Assembly: GCA_030390025.1 (NCBI GenBank)
Contig: CM059433.1
Coordinates: 11,842,001-11,906,000, forward strand
Reading direction: 5' to 3'
DNA length: 64,000 nucleotides
Source of the DNA: Squalus acanthias
Lineage: Eukaryota
A model generated the notes under the pieces. The model made no database searches. It was not told the DNA's origin and saw nothing but the letters and a program-made list of their open reading frames with translations. Position numbers and translations under genes: made by a program. Below, in pieces: positions 1 through 12,720 of the stretch. Numbering within the stretch: the stretch's first letter is position 1; every line of letters begins with the position of its first letter.

Positions 1-535
1 TGAGGAAAGATGTTCTTGCCATGGAGGGGGTGCAGCGGCGATTCACCAGGCTGATACCAGGAATGGCGGGATTGACCTATGAGGAGAGACTATGTAGTTT
101 AGGGATGTACACACTGGAGTTTAGAAGATTGAGAGGGGACCTCATAGAAGTGTATAAAATTCTGACAGGTCTAGACAGATTAGATGCAGAAGGAATGTTT
201 CCCTTGGCGGGTGAGAACAGAACTAGAGGACATAATTTAAGGATAAGGGCTAAACCATTTAGGACAGAAATGAGGGGGAATTTCTTCACTCAGAGAGTGG
301 TGAACCTGTGGAACTCATTGCCACAGAGGGCAGTGTACGCCAGCTCATTAAATATATTTAAGAGGGAATTAGATATATTTCTACAGGCAAAAGGGGTTAA
401 GGGTTACGGAGAGAAGGCGGGGACGGGATACTGAATTGAAGGATCAGCCATGATCTCATTAAATGGCGGAGCAGGCTCGAAGGGCCGGATGGCCTACTCC
501 TGCTCCTATCTTCTATGTATCTATGTATCTATGTA
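1..535 (+). mobile_element. CR1-clade LINE, 3' fragment (end of ORF2, 3' UTR, microsatellite tail)
   Basis: ORF 21..434 (EGVQRRFTRLIPG...RRLRGDLIEVYKIL...FFTQRVVNLWNSLP) is the CR1 ORF2 C-terminus; 3' UTR gatcagccatgatct...; tail (tatgtatc)n. Confidence 0.93.
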
Positions 536-616
536 AAATCTTTTGCGTAACACAAGAGCATGACTACCATCTCCAGGACCCACCTCCCTCCAGAATTGCT
601 GATCATGGACAGGGTA

Positions 617-1090
617 CATAAGAACATAAGAATTAGGAGCAGGAGGAGGCCATACGGCCCTTCGAGCCTGATCCGCCATTCAATAAGATCATGGCTGATC
701 TTCGACCTCAACTCCACTTTCCTGATTCCCATATCCTTTGATGCCCCGAGAGTCCAAAAATCTATCTATCTCAGCCTTGAATATATTCAATGACTCAGCA
801 TCCACAGCCCTTTGGGGTAGAGAATTCCAAAGATTCACAACCCTCTGAGTGAAGAAATTCCGTCTCATCTCAGTCTTAAATGACCTGCCCCTTATTCTGA
901 GACTGTGCCCCCGAGTTCTAGACTCTCCAGCCAGGGGAAACAACCTCTCAGCATCTACCCTGTCAATCCCCCTCAGTATCTGATATGTTTCAATGAGATC
1001 ACCTCTCATTCTTCTAAACTCCAAAGAGTATAGGCCCAATCTACTCAATCTCTCCTCATAAAACAACCCTCTCATCCCAGGGATCAATCT
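617..1090 (-). mobile_element. CR1 LINE 3' fragment
   Basis: ORF 689..1087 is the CR1 ORF2 C-terminus; cataagaa tail repeat; flanked by agggta at 611-616 and 1091-1096 (possible TSD). Confidence 0.92.
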
Positions 1091-1253
1091 AGGGTAGGAT
1101 CAGATACCCTGCAGTCAATTTCCCCTGCAGCTGTACCTGAATCTTTCTGTAACCTTTCTTCTACAGTTGCATTCTTTTACTTCTACAGCAATCTTCTTTC
1201 TTCCTAAGTGGGATCATGCGTGCTACATTCCAGGTAGAACTGAGACACACTTT

Positions 1254-2417
1254 GGGGTAGAAATTAGACCTTGTTGCACCCATTTTAAGAACATAAGAAC
1301 ATATGAAATAGGAGCAGGAGTAGGCCATACAGCCCCTCAAGCCTGCTCCGCCATTCAATAAGATCATGGCTGATCATCGACCTCAATTCCACTTTCCTGC
1401 CCGATCTCCATATCCCTCGATTCCCCTAGAGTCCAAAAATGTATCTATCTCAGCCTTGAATATATTCAATGACTCAGCATTCACAGCCCTCTGGGGCAGA
1501 GAATTCCAAAGATTCACAACCCTCCGAGTGAAGAAATTCCTCCTCATCTCAGTCTTAAATGGCCTACCTCTTATCCTGAGACTATGCCCCCCTAGTTCTA
1601 GACTCCCCAGCCAGGGGAAATAACCTCTCAGCATCTACACCGTCAATCCCCTTCAGAATCTTGTATGTTTCAATGAGATCACCTCTCATTCTTCTAAACT
1701 CCAGAGAGTATAGGCCCAATCTACACAATCTCTCTACTCGTAGGACAGCCCTCTCATCCCAGGAATCAATCTAGTGAACCTTCGTTGCACCGCCTCCAAG
1801 GCAAGTACATCCTTCCTTAGATATGGAGACCAAGGCTGTGCACAGTACTCCAGGTGTGGTCTCACCAAGGCCCTGTACAACTGTAGCAAGACTTCCTTAC
1901 TCTTATACTCCAACCCCCTTACAATTTTACAGGCGTAAAATCAGCACAATGAGGGCCAATATAGGGTCGGACATCCTGCGTTGCAAGGACACCAGAAAGA
2001 TGTCAGACCAGATATTGGGTCAGGCCGTTTTTCAGGCATTCCTGGCGGCTGCCTAAAACAGGCATCAGACCCCCTTATAGGTAAATGAGGGGCCGAAGGG
2101 GCTGCTTTGGGTCCCCTTGCTTAAACCGGATTTCGGCGGCTGCCAGGTAATTTGTTCCGTGAAACCTTACAAAGAAAATATTGCTGTGTAACCAGGAGGA
2201 GCAGGAGTGCTCCCCTGACTCTACAGTACTCGTGATCGGTCCCTCTCCCATTGCCACTTACCTTCGGGCCACTGCCAGTGAGGCAAGAGGCCCGCCTGAC
2301 ATCATTCCATTTAAAATGGGCGTGCTGCCTGTGGAGGTGCTGCAGGCGCCAGCAGTCCAGCCAAAGGGTTTGGGAGCGCACTGGTGGCGCATCGCTGGGA
2401 TAATCAATTTTTACCCC
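1254..2417. mobile_element. Non-autonomous DNA transposon (PIF/Harbinger-like MITE) with a nested CR1
   Basis: Ends ggggtagaaatt...aatttttacccc are inverted repeats; 3-bp flanks ttt/ttt. Confidence 0.7.
1288..1923 (-). mobile_element. CR1 LINE 3' fragment nested in the MITE
   Basis: CR1 ORF2 3' end (FFTRRVVNLWNSLP), taagaaca tail; atttta on both sides (1282-1287, 1924-1929). Confidence 0.9.
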
Positions 2418-2606
2418 TTTGATTCTGTAGTGGCCTGGAACATGAGCTATGAGGAAACTTTAGCGTTCCATCATGTGCTCCCTTCCAGTTTATTCTACGA
2501 CTGAATTTAAATTGAACATGCAGAACCACAAAAAAATCTTCCAAATAGTCCATAAGAAGATATATTAACAATATTCCAATTGGAAAAAAATGTTCTGCTG
2601 GGATTA

Positions 2607-3138
2607 TTCTGGTCGCCGTATTATAAAAAGGATATAGAGGCAGTGGAGAGGGTGAAGAAAAGATTTACAAGCATGATATCTGAAATGCGAGGGTATACCT
2701 ATCAGGAAAGGATCAACAGGCTGGACCTCTTTTCTCTTGAAAAGAGAAGGCTGAGGGGTGACCTAATAGAGGTCTTTAAAATTATGAAAGGTTTTGATAG
2801 AGTGGAAGCAGAGAGAGTGTTTCCACTTGTGGGGAAGAGCAAAACTAAAAGTCATCAATATAAGATAGTCACCAAGAAATCAAATAGGGAATTCAGAAGA
2901 AAATTCTTCACCCAGAGAGTGGTGAGAATGTGGAACTCGCTACCACAGAGAGTGGTTGAAGCGAATAGTATAGATGCATTTAAGGGGAGGCTAGATAAGC
3001 ATATGAGGGAGAAGGGAATAGAGGGTTATGCTGATAGAGTTAGATGAGGAAAGGCAGGAGGAGGCTCGAGTGGAGCATAAACGCTGGCAAGGACTGGTTG
3101 GGCCGAATGGCCAGTTTCTGTGCTGTATATCCTATGTA
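2607..3138 (+). mobile_element. CR1 LINE 3' fragment (different subfamily)
   Basis: ORF 2580..3047: FWSPYYKKDIEAVERV...RRLRGDLIEVFKIMKG...FFTQRVVRMWNSLP; distinct 3' UTR. Confidence 0.9.
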
Positions 3139-4411
3139 AGATTATGCAGGGATATCTTGTAACCTGGATTAGAAATTCTACACAGCAGCATTGTATGGGT
3201 AGGGGTTTGGTACAACAGTATTTTATGGTTGTAATAGAATTGTATTTGATCTACACTTAGCTAATTGTACTATAGTTGAGGTTTCTACTTGATGATATAC
3301 TGTCACTTGGTACAATGTACTTGTAAAGTCAACACATGTCATCTATTTGGTCCGAACAGGAGCTTGTTTTTGTTGCCAGATAAGGAGAACTACCAGCAGA
3401 GCCACATTTCATTGTCAGTGATGTAGCTCCAGCACAATCATGTGCTTCAATATCAACTGTATCATTGTTTTTATTGTTTGGTAAACACAGAAAAAATACT
3501 GTTACAAATTCTTTTTATGACAGTGCTCTTCTGAAAAAGAACTCCCACCAATGAGCACCCATTTATTAATCAGTTATGAAGATATATGGTTCATTTTAAT
3601 ATCCCTCTGTATTCACCAATGACATGCCTTATGGCTGCAACCATGGTACGCCATCCTGTCGTCCTCCTTGGCCTCACCACAGCGTTCAACATGGGTGACT
3701 ACTGGCCTCCTTCACCATCTCTCCTCTATCATCCGCCTGCACGGCACCACCCTCACTTGGTTCCACTCCGACATTTTCCAATGTAACCAATACATTTCCT
3801 GCAATGGCATCTCCTCCCACCCTTGCGCAGACACGTGGGAGTGCCTCAAGGTTCTATGCTCGCCCCCCCTCCCCCCCTTTTCCTCATCTACAAGCAGCCC
3901 CTCAGCCACAACATCCGCAGCCACGGAGTATTGCTGATGACACCTGGTTCCACCTCTCCACCACCAGCCTCAACTCTAAGACCCGCAGTGTGCTGTCTGA
4001 CTGCTTGTCCAATATTAAGTCATGGATGAGTGAGAACCTACTCCAACATAACAGTGACAGGATCAAAGCTATCCTGTTTGGCTCCCATCAAAAACTCAAA
4101 AGCCTAGCCCTTGATTCCATCTCTCTATCGAGCTGCTCACTTAGGCTGAACACACTGGTGCACAATTTCAGTGTCCTATTTGACCTTAAGCTGAGCTTCA
4201 TACTCCAAATCCTAAGCATCACCAAAATTGCCTATTTCTATCACACACTTCCACCCTTACCATACCCCCATCACCACTGAAAAGCTCATCCATGCTTTCA
4301 TCATAGCCAGACTCAACTTTCCAATGTTACCCTCATCAGCCTCGCAAGTTTCATCCTACACAAGCTCCAATTTGTCCAAAGTTCTGCTACCCACATCCTG
4401 TCCCGCACTGA

Positions 4412-6198
4412 GGGGGGAATTTTTCGGGGGGTCAACGGGCGCGTTTGGTGGCGGGTCGGATGGGAATTTTCTTTTTGACAGCGGGTAGGGACTCTGCTGT
4501 CAACCCGCCGTCACGCAAGTTTTCCAGATGTCGGGTCTGTCATCGCTGAACAGACCCGACACCAAGCAGCGGAGGAGGCAATTTAGATGATTAAGAGTTT
4601 GTTAACAGGCTCTTAAAACTATTTTAAGCCCACCTTTAAATTTTTAGAGTTCGTCCACGGGTTCCCCACTGCTCGGGGATCACGTCAGGTAAGCAGGTCA
4701 GGAGTTGTGTCACCATGGGATCATTTCTTAACTTGACAGCTGCAAATGTGGTATAAAAGCTCCCATCTCACAGCTGTTCACTTCCAAGGTCAGAAGCTGT
4801 TGCTTACTGCATTTGGAAGACAGATTGAGCTTTATGTAGGTTGCAAGTGTTTGGAGCAAACTCTCTATCCAGTGTCACCTCATTGGAGCAACCTCTCTCA
4901 CCATTGACAGATCACTTCTGTCATCTGAACTTCACCTGCCATCTATTCCATCAGCATCGGTGCCCTTTATACTCTCTCACCTTGGTCCTCAGAATCCCAC
5001 CATGATCAGCCCCAACACCAGCAGCACCAGCAGCACCAGACACACCAGCAGCACCAACACCACCACCAACCTTCTCCGCAATCACCTGATGCTGCACAGG
5101 ACACAGGGCATCAGCACCTGACCACATTGCTGCCCGGGAGGCCAGGGATGGCCTCAACATAGCCAGATTTACTTCAGTTGACACATGACACTTGACACAT
5201 GATGCGCCAGGTTGGCACCACCCCACGCCAATACCATAAAGCATCCCTACAATGCCCAAGCCATTCCTTTCACACTCATCACCATTGCGGGGGGTACCGA
5301 TTTGTCTCACCATTCACTGCAACTCATTAAGCCACTTCCAAAGGTGCACACAAATCTGTCCAAGAACACAAAGTGTTGAAAATAAAGATTTCTATGTTTG
5401 AAAGCACATTAACAGAAACTTCACATGAACATTGCATAAAACACCCAAGTGCCTACCCTTGTGTGTTGTTAGTTGGTATGCTTGCAGTAGGATGAAGCTG
5501 AGTGTGAGGGGTGGCTAGTGAGATGAGGAAGTGATAATGTAGATAGAGAGGGATGGGTGGAGGTGTAAGGTAAGTTGGTGTGAGTAAGGATGTGCAGGAG
5601 TAGGGTAGGGAAGGCAGAGTGATGAGGATGTGATGAGTGGCACAGGAGGATGAGGTTGAGTGTGGCTTTGCAGTAACGTTTCGTGATCTACTGAGATCAT
5701 TGAAAGGTTTGCGCCACTGCAGCCTGGTCCTCCTGATGACATCCCTGCTTGTGCTCTCCTGTGCAATGTGCAACCAGGCTGTGTTGATCTCCTGGGGAGG
5801 TCTCTTCCGCCCATGGGAAGGGAAGAGAACCTCCCTGCGTGCTGTGACTCCCTTCATAAGCATATGGAGAGAGTCATGAGAGAGCCTGGGTGCAGCCGTT
5901 CACCTCTGTGCAGTGATTGTCAGTGTTTGCAGCACCTCAATGCTGTAGAACACTGACAGCACAAATGTCAAAATCAATTTGCATCATGGTCCCTTTAAGG
6001 AAACCGGCTGATGATGCATCATCATGTGATGTCATCAGAACCGCTTCCTTCAATTGGCCGGGAACCTTGCAGAGCGGGCTTAACAAGCCCAATCAGTGTA
6101 AGACCACTTTGGACAACGGGCTGGAGCCAGCAGCGGGGTCGCAACCCGCCACCGACCCCGGCCGCACCGGACCCACCGAGGTGGGGGAAATCGCGGCC
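4412..6198. mobile_element. Internally deleted PIF/Harbinger DNA transposon
   Basis: Imperfect TIRs (ggggggaatttt / gaaatcgcggcc), subterminal ggtggcgggt / acccgccacc inverted match, flanks tga/tca, Myb/SANT remnant on minus strand and transposase-like C-terminal remnant (AAREARDGLNIARF) on plus strand. Confidence 0.8.
5680..5900 (-). pseudogene. Harbinger accessory Myb/SANT-like DNA-binding domain remnant (NAIF1/MSANTD-like)
   Basis: Translation GVTARREVLFPSHGRKRPPQEINTAWLHIAQESTSRDVIRRTRLQWRKPFNDL fits the Myb_DNA-bind_5 pattern (AW..IA..V...RT..QCRK.FNDL); upstream AAPR segment is frameshifted. Confidence 0.8.
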
Positions 6199-7339
6199 TC
6201 AGTCCCACTCCACTGGTCACCCTTGTCCTCGCCAATCTCCATTGGCTCCCCAGTGCCCAAGGCGCTGAATTTTAAATCCATGCCCTCATTTACAAAATCC
6301 CTTCGTGGTTCTCTCCCCTCCCTACATCTGCACCGTCCTCCAGCCCTATGCGCCAATGCATCACCTCTGCTCCTCTTATTCTGGTTTCCTTTGCATTCTC
6401 CCCCTCCCTCCGCTTCACCTTTAATAATATCATCTTCAGCCATACTGGCCCCGATTCTGGAACTCTCCCCCTAAAGCCAGGTGCTAACGTAATGCATCGT
6501 GTTTCTGTCATGACACTGAACCAGACTCTCAATGTAATTAAACTGTCAGTGAATGGTCACCGACATCAAAGCACGGATGAAGTACCTTATTAAAATAACT
6601 ATTCAAAATAAACATGAGGAGAAGCAGCTTTTTACAGCGAGGAGCTACCGCTTTCAAAACTAGCCACTGGAAAGTCCTGAACAATCGCGTCTGTTATTCT
6701 CTGGCCAGTGCCAGCTAATAATTACACCGCAATCAATACACAGTAACTTTTAGGTATGAAAGTGATTAAATGAGATAGCAGGGGAGCAGAATCAATTATT
6801 AATGTTTCCATTTGCAGCAAAAGATTAAAGGAAAAGGTAACATGTAACGAGCTGAGACAGAATGAATTAAATTCAATGAATCGCTCACCAAGGACAGTGG
6901 CACAAACCATGTGGGGCTGCAGCATTTGAATTTATTGTTGGATTTTTTTTTTTCCCCAGTTTGGGGAGATAATCAACACGATACTATAATTAATTTTGAG
7001 TCCTGTTACTCGGCACATTTTGTCAAGATAATTGTGCTGTTAAGCACAATTCACCTCTCGAGGCTGAAGGCTCGCCTCAAAGTGAATAATAATCTAAGCC
7101 TTGAAACGGTGATGGAAGCTGAACCTAAACACTAATCCAGCTCCAGACAGTGCAATTGTAGACTATAAATGGATATGGTCAGAACACAAAAAAAACAATT
7201 TCGAGAGGAAAATAAAACACACTGACTGATTTACACAGGTATGCTGTAGAGTAACCATGCATTGCAAGTATATATATCGGGTCAACATCCTGACCTCCAA
7301 GTCTTTACAGTCATTTATAAAAAAGACTTCTGTATATTG

Positions 7340-8310
7340 ACAGTCTGCCACTGGTGGCAAGTGAACAATAATCCCACTATCGACCGCGCATGGTAATGAA
7401 ACTGAGCTGACCTTTAAAATGAAGTTCGGAACCTGTAACGTCAGGACCCTCATGGACAACCCCAACAGTGACAGACCGGAGTGTCTGCCCCACCTGTGAC
7501 AGAGACTGTGGGCTGGATTTTCATTGACCCGTGGAGGCGGGTTTGGAGGCGTGTGGGGGGTTAAAATTGTGAAAACTGGCGGGCGGGCACAAGTCCACCT
7601 CTATCCCGCCTCCACGCAATTTTGATGAAATCGTGTCTGCTGGTCCAGACTCCGTCCCGCCTTTAAGAGACGGGATAGGCTGTTAAGGCCCTTAACAAGC
7701 TCTAAATTGGCTCTATAATGCCATTTTGAAAGGCCTTTGTGATTTTAACCCTTGTTCTACGTGAAGCACGCCTGTTCTGAACCATGATTGTGAAACCTGG
7801 CGGGAGCACATTTGGATATGGATAGTTCTGGCTGGCTATGGGGATGCATATATGGATGGCTATGGGGATGGATGTATATATGGATGGATAGAGAGGAGAC
7901 ATATCTGGGAGTGGTGGTGTAAAAATATCTGGGAGCAGACTTAGGGCTGCTGCTGCTTATTTTGCAGGTCCTCTCGCAGCAAAGGCCAGGCAGTCTTTGA
8001 AGACCTTCAATGCAGCAGCAATGATGACATCATCAGAGTTGACTTTCAGACTGAAAACACTAATTGGCTCATGGGTTCCCACATGCTGGAACTCAATTGC
8101 CCAATTAGGTGAAAATTGCATCAATCTCCCACATCCAATTGCAGTCGGGTGGATAACACGAAAAGTGGATGACACGACCCCAACCCGCCCCAGTATCAAA
8201 ATCCAGCCCTGTAGGTCCCACATTGGACTCATCAGTCACCGGAGAACTCATTTTTAGTGTGGAAGCAAGTCATCCTCGGTTCCGAGGGACTGCCTAAGAA
8301 GAAGAAGAGA
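7340..8310 (+). mobile_element. Internally deleted RTE-clade LINE, interrupted by a MITE
   Basis: 7419: ATG AAG TTC GGA ACC TGT AAC GTC AGG ACC CTC ATG GAC AAC = MKFGTCNVRTLMDNPNSDRPE (RTE endonuclease start), joined to the 3' end (CPTCDRDCRSHIGLISHRRTH, 3' UTR, (aag)n tail). 5' boundary approximate. Confidence 0.75.
7510..8209. mobile_element. Harbinger-like MITE
   Basis: 12-bp perfect TIR gggctggatttt...aaaatccagccc with 3-bp TSD tgt/tgt; the RTE sequence is continuous across it. Confidence 0.88.
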
Positions 8311-8590
8311 CACCTTTGACAGCACCGAGGACTTACATTTTTGTGGGTCCCCAGAACCGAGTTCAGAGATACGGAAACCAAGCACCTCTTTTTTTTTTGT
8401 CCTCCAAACAGGGACTAAAAGCACATGAGTGCAGTTAAAAAAAAAAGGGGGGGGATTGTTGGAGATCGGAGTCAGGGGGGCCAGTGAAAATGCGCTCACA
8501 CCCAACAACGCTACAGCGTTTTCAGCAATGTGAAGCCAGAACCGCATCAACAAAAAATGCTTAGCGTGACTGGCTTGTAAGACAACCGTA

Positions 8591-8771
8591 GCCCTGAATT
8601 TCCAAAAGGTGGGGTTGTCCCAGTCTCCCACTGTAACTCTGGTAGGTGGAACTCCCAGCAAAATGTTGGGGAAAAATGTAAATTTAAGCCATTTGCCTGG
8701 GCTCTATCTGCGTCAGTCTCCCACCAAAATTACAGTGGGAAGCGGGTAGAACCCCCAATGAATATCAGGGC
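8591..8771. mobile_element. Short MITE
   Basis: gccctgaattt...aatatcagggc ends plus internal inverted tcccactgtaa / ttacagtggga. Confidence 0.6.
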
Positions 8772-9275
8772 CCCCCATCTCTCTTGTTTGAGCACCGATT
8801 TCCCAAAGGCCCTGGCAGGGTTGCACCAATGCCAAAGGGGTCAATAGGATCAAGGACACTTTGATACTTTGTTTCACATTTTCACGTTCTGTTTACTTCA
8901 CACAGCCTCCAGCGTTGGCAAACACCATGAATTTCTCCTAAAAAAAACCTTCCACTGACATTGCATTATGTTTAAGTCGCTCATTATTAGGCACTGACAC
9001 ATTATTGCGATAACATCTGTGGGCCTCAAATTGACTTTCTCCTGGGCTTTCTGGAAGTCTTATCTACCCCGGCAAAAAATGCTTTCGTCTCCAGCTGTAA
9101 TGCATTGCTTTTTCTTCAGTTTTCTCCAGTCGCTTATTAAAATATCTCCCTCAAATAATATATCATTCTACAGCCAAAAACAAAAGTGAGGTTAGGCAAT
9201 CTGTTCCCAAGCCCCTTCTAACACGACTCGGCACCTGATTTTCCTTTGAGAAAACAGCTAATAATCACTCAGCAC

Positions 9276-9440
9276 CAATGCTACCTTTAAATTTTTGGGG
9301 GGGTGCGTGGCCCCTTTAAGGGGCTGCGCGGCCCATTCAAAAAAAGCGCGCATGCGCGGTTTTTCCCATTTAAAAGCCGGTGAGCCGGCTGCGCTGGAGC
9401 TCGAGCGCATCGGGGGCCACGCAGCTTAAAGGGAACATTG
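9276..9440. mobile_element. hAT-superfamily MITE
   Basis: TIR caatgctacctttaa / ttaaagggaacattg; perfect 8-bp TSD ctcagcac (9268-9275, 9441-9448). Confidence 0.88.
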
Positions 9441-9609
9441 CTCAGCACCCGCTAATGACAACACCGCCAAGATCAGAAATTCACCAGGTGGGAATCACAC
9501 CTATACCGGTGGAGTTTAGCACACTCGAGAGCTGTGAACCTGGAGACCTTCCCCATGTTCTAGTGGTTTACTGGTAGGGCAAATGATCTGGTACGGCATG
9601 GAACTCCCA

Positions 9610-10008
9610 GGGTTAAGGGGAGATCTGATAGAGCTGTTCAAAGTTATGAGGGTGTTTTGATAGAGTAAATAAGGAGAAGCTGTCTCCACTGGCAGGAGGG
9701 TCGGTAACCAGAGGACACAGATTTAAGGTAATCGGCAAAAGAACAAGAGGGGAGAAGAGGAGGATTTTTTTTTTTTCCCGCAGCGAGTTGCTGTGATCTG
9801 GAATGCGCTGCCTGAAAGGGTGGTGGAAGCAGATTCAATAATAACTTTTAAAAGGGAATTGAATATATACTTGGAAAAGGAAAAAAAAATTGTAGGGCTA
9901 TGGGGAAAAAGCGGGGGAGTGGGTCCAATTGGATAGCTCTTTCAAAGAGCCGGCACAGGCACAATGGGCACAATGGGCTCCTTCTGTGCTGTGTCATTCT
10001 ATGATTCT
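9610..10008 (+). mobile_element. CR1 LINE 3' fragment
   Basis: ttaaggggagatctgatagag... (LRGDLIE), tggaatgcgctgcct, 3' UTR and attctatgattct tail. Confidence 0.85.
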
Positions 10009-10259
10009 GATGCTTTCTACTTTTGCTGCTTGTTATATGATTTGCTGCTGAAGGATCACAATTTTACATAAAAGGCCTGGCGGCAGAGAAAACATTAGTT
10101 TCTGAGCGTATCTGAGCAATAACAAATCACTTAACGCAACAAATCGCTTGCCTTGTTTATGAATGGTGTTCGTTCTACTGCAAGTACCAGTTTCAGACTA
10201 GTCATTACCTGCTTGGAGCCACGTAGAGCTGGCAAACCTAAATGATATGATCGACTTAC

Positions 10260-12240
10260 ACAACAATGACAACTTGCATTTATTTAACGCTTTTAATGCA
10301 GGAAAAACGTCCCAAGGCACTTCACAGAAGCGTTATCAAACAAAAATTTGACACTGAGCCAAAGAAGGAGATATTAAGAGGTATAATTAAAAGCTTGGTG
10401 AAAGAGGTAGGTGTAAAGGGGGCTCCTAAGGGAGGAGAGAAAGGTGAAGAGGTGGAAAGATTTAGGGAGGGAATTCCAGAGCTTAGGGCCTAGGCGGCTG
10501 AAGGCACAGCTGCCAGTGGTGGGGCGAAGGGAGTATGTAAGAGACCAGAGTTGGAGGAATGCAGTGTTCTCGGAGGATTGTAGGGCTGGAGGAGGTTACA
10601 GAGATAGGGAAGGGCGAGGCTATGAAGAGATTTGAATATGAGCATGAGAATTCTAATTTTGAGGTGTTGGTGGAGTGGGAGGCAATGTAGGTCAGCAAGC
10701 ACAGGGACGATGGATAAGCAGGACTTGGTGCAGGTTCGGATACAGGCAGCAGAGTTTTGAATGAGTTCAAGTTTATGGAGGATGGGAGGCCGGCCAGGAG
10801 AACATTGGAATACTCGGATCTGGAGGTTGCAAAAGTGTGGCTGAGGGTTTCAGCAGCAGGTGGGCTGAGGCAGAGGTGGAGGTGGGCAAAGTTACAGAGG
10901 TGGAGGTCGGTGGTCTTGGTGATGGACAGGATATCATGTTGGATGCTCAGCTCCTGGTCAAGATTACGAAGAGTTGGGTTCAGCCTAAGACAGGCGGGGA
11001 GGGGGTGGCGAGGGCCCAAAGATGTAAACGAGGTTCAGGCAATTTCCACCCCAGTGGCTTCAATCTTCGCGATGTTTATTTGGAGGAAATTGCGGCTCAT
11101 CCGGGATTGAATGTCGGAAAAGCAGTCTGACAGCACGAAGGCAGTGGAAGGGTCGAGAGAGGTGGTGGAGAGGTTGAGCTGTGTGTTGGCAGCATATAAG
11201 TGGAACCTGACGCCATGTCTTTGGAGGACATCGCTGAGGGACAGCATGTAGATGAGAAAGAGGAAGGGGGACTCCTGAGGGAGGAAATGGTGTGGGGGGC
11301 AGGGAGAGAAGCCATTGCAGGAGATTCTCTGGCTACAATTGAGCAGGTAAGAGTGGAACCAAGACAGAGCAGTCCCACTCAGCTTGTCAATGGAAGAGAG
11401 GTGTTGGAGGAGGATGGTGTGGCTGACTGTGTCAAAGGCTGCAGTGAGGTTGAGAAGGATGAGGAGGGATAGTCCAACATGGTGACAGTCACAGAGGATG
11501 TAAACCGTGACTTTGAGTAGGGCCGTTCCAGTACTGTTACGGAGCAGAAATCGGATTGTAGAGGTTCAAACATGGAGTTGCGGAAAAGATGGACAGTAGT
11601 TTGGGAGGCAACAACACATTCAAGGACTTTGGAGGAAAAGGATGTTGGAGATGGGACATTAGTTGGAAAGGGTAGAGGGTTGAGGGTGGATCTTTTGAGG
11701 AGAGGGTGATGATGGCAGCTTTGAAAATAAGAGGGGACAGTACCTGAGAAGATGGAACCATTTACAACATCAGCCAGCATGGGGGCCAGTAAGGGAAGTT
11801 GACTGGTCAGCAGTTTAGTAGGAATAAATTCGAGAAAGCAGGAGGTGGATCTCATGGACAAGATGAGCTCAGAGAGGGCATGAGGGGAGAAACTATTAGA
11901 AAGATATGGGTTTAGGGGTAGGGCAGGGAAGAACCTCAGGGAAAGTTTGGCCTGGTGGGCAAGGGGAAAGAGGGATGCGTCACAGGCAGTTGAATGGATG
12001 GTCTCAATCCGAGTGACAAAGAAATCCATGAGCTCCTCGCGCAAGTTGTTGGAAGTGAGGGTCGAGTGGCGAGGGAGAGGGGTAGAAGGAGCTGGTTGGC
12101 AGTGGAGAAAAGAAGCCGGGGTTATCTTTGCATTCCAGGATGATGCTGGAATAACGAACAGTTTTGGCAGAGGAGAGCAGGGCTCAATAGTGTTTGATGT
12201 GGTCCAGCAAGATCTGGCGGTGAATGGCAAGACCAGTTGG
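10260..12240 (-). mobile_element. L2-clade LINE, 5'-truncated and degraded
   Basis: acaacttgcatttat 3' tail; RT remnants (FHLYAANTQL, SDCFSDIQS, IPTKLLT, SKVLECVVASQ) with frameshifts. Confidence 0.85.
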
Positions 12241-12394
12241 ACACCCTATACGTTCAGGTCTGTGCCCCTTGGACATGAGGGAGAGAAGGTGGGGGCCAAA
12301 CCACAGTGGAGAAACAGGGCGGGAGAGAGTAACAAACATTTTCAGAGCTCTATTCTCCAGCATCCAATTGAGCGTCAGCCGTGTTTGCTTTAAT

Positions 12395-12720
12395 GGTCAG
12401 ATAAGACATTAAACCGAGGCCCCGACTGCCCTCTTAGGTGGACGTAAAAGATCCCATGACACTATTTCAAAGAAGAGCAGAGGGGAGTTCTCCCCGGTGT
12501 CCTGAACAATATTTATCCCTCAAACCAACATCACGGAAACAGATTATCTGGCCATTATCACGTCGCTGTTTGTGGGACCTTGCTGTGCGCAAATTGGCTG
12601 CTGCGTTTCCTCCCTTACAACAGTGATTCCACTTCAAAAAAGTACTTAATTGGCTGTAAAGCGCTTTGCGATGTCCTGAGGATGTGAAAGGCCCGAGATA
12701 AATGCAAGTCCTTTCTTTTT
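12395..12720 (+). mobile_element. DeuSINE (SacSINE1-like), 5'-truncated
   Basis: Deu-domain core ttaaaccgaggccc...ggtggacgtaaaagatcccatg and L2-like tail. Confidence 0.85.

Larger units (their letters stand above)
3640..6480 (+). mobile_element. Degraded L2-clade LINE split by the Harbinger insertion (3640-4411 and 6199-6480)
   Basis: RT remnants (GVPQGS, IADDT, LSDCLSNIKSWMS); L2 sequence ...tcctgtcccgcac|gtcccactcc...cattggctccc resumes after the insert. Confidence 0.8.

Noticed and set aside
1097-1250. Possible DCDC2C exon 3
   Set aside because: No match to the expected KPV.HS.I.VSAR-like peptide; exon 3 probably lies left of the window.
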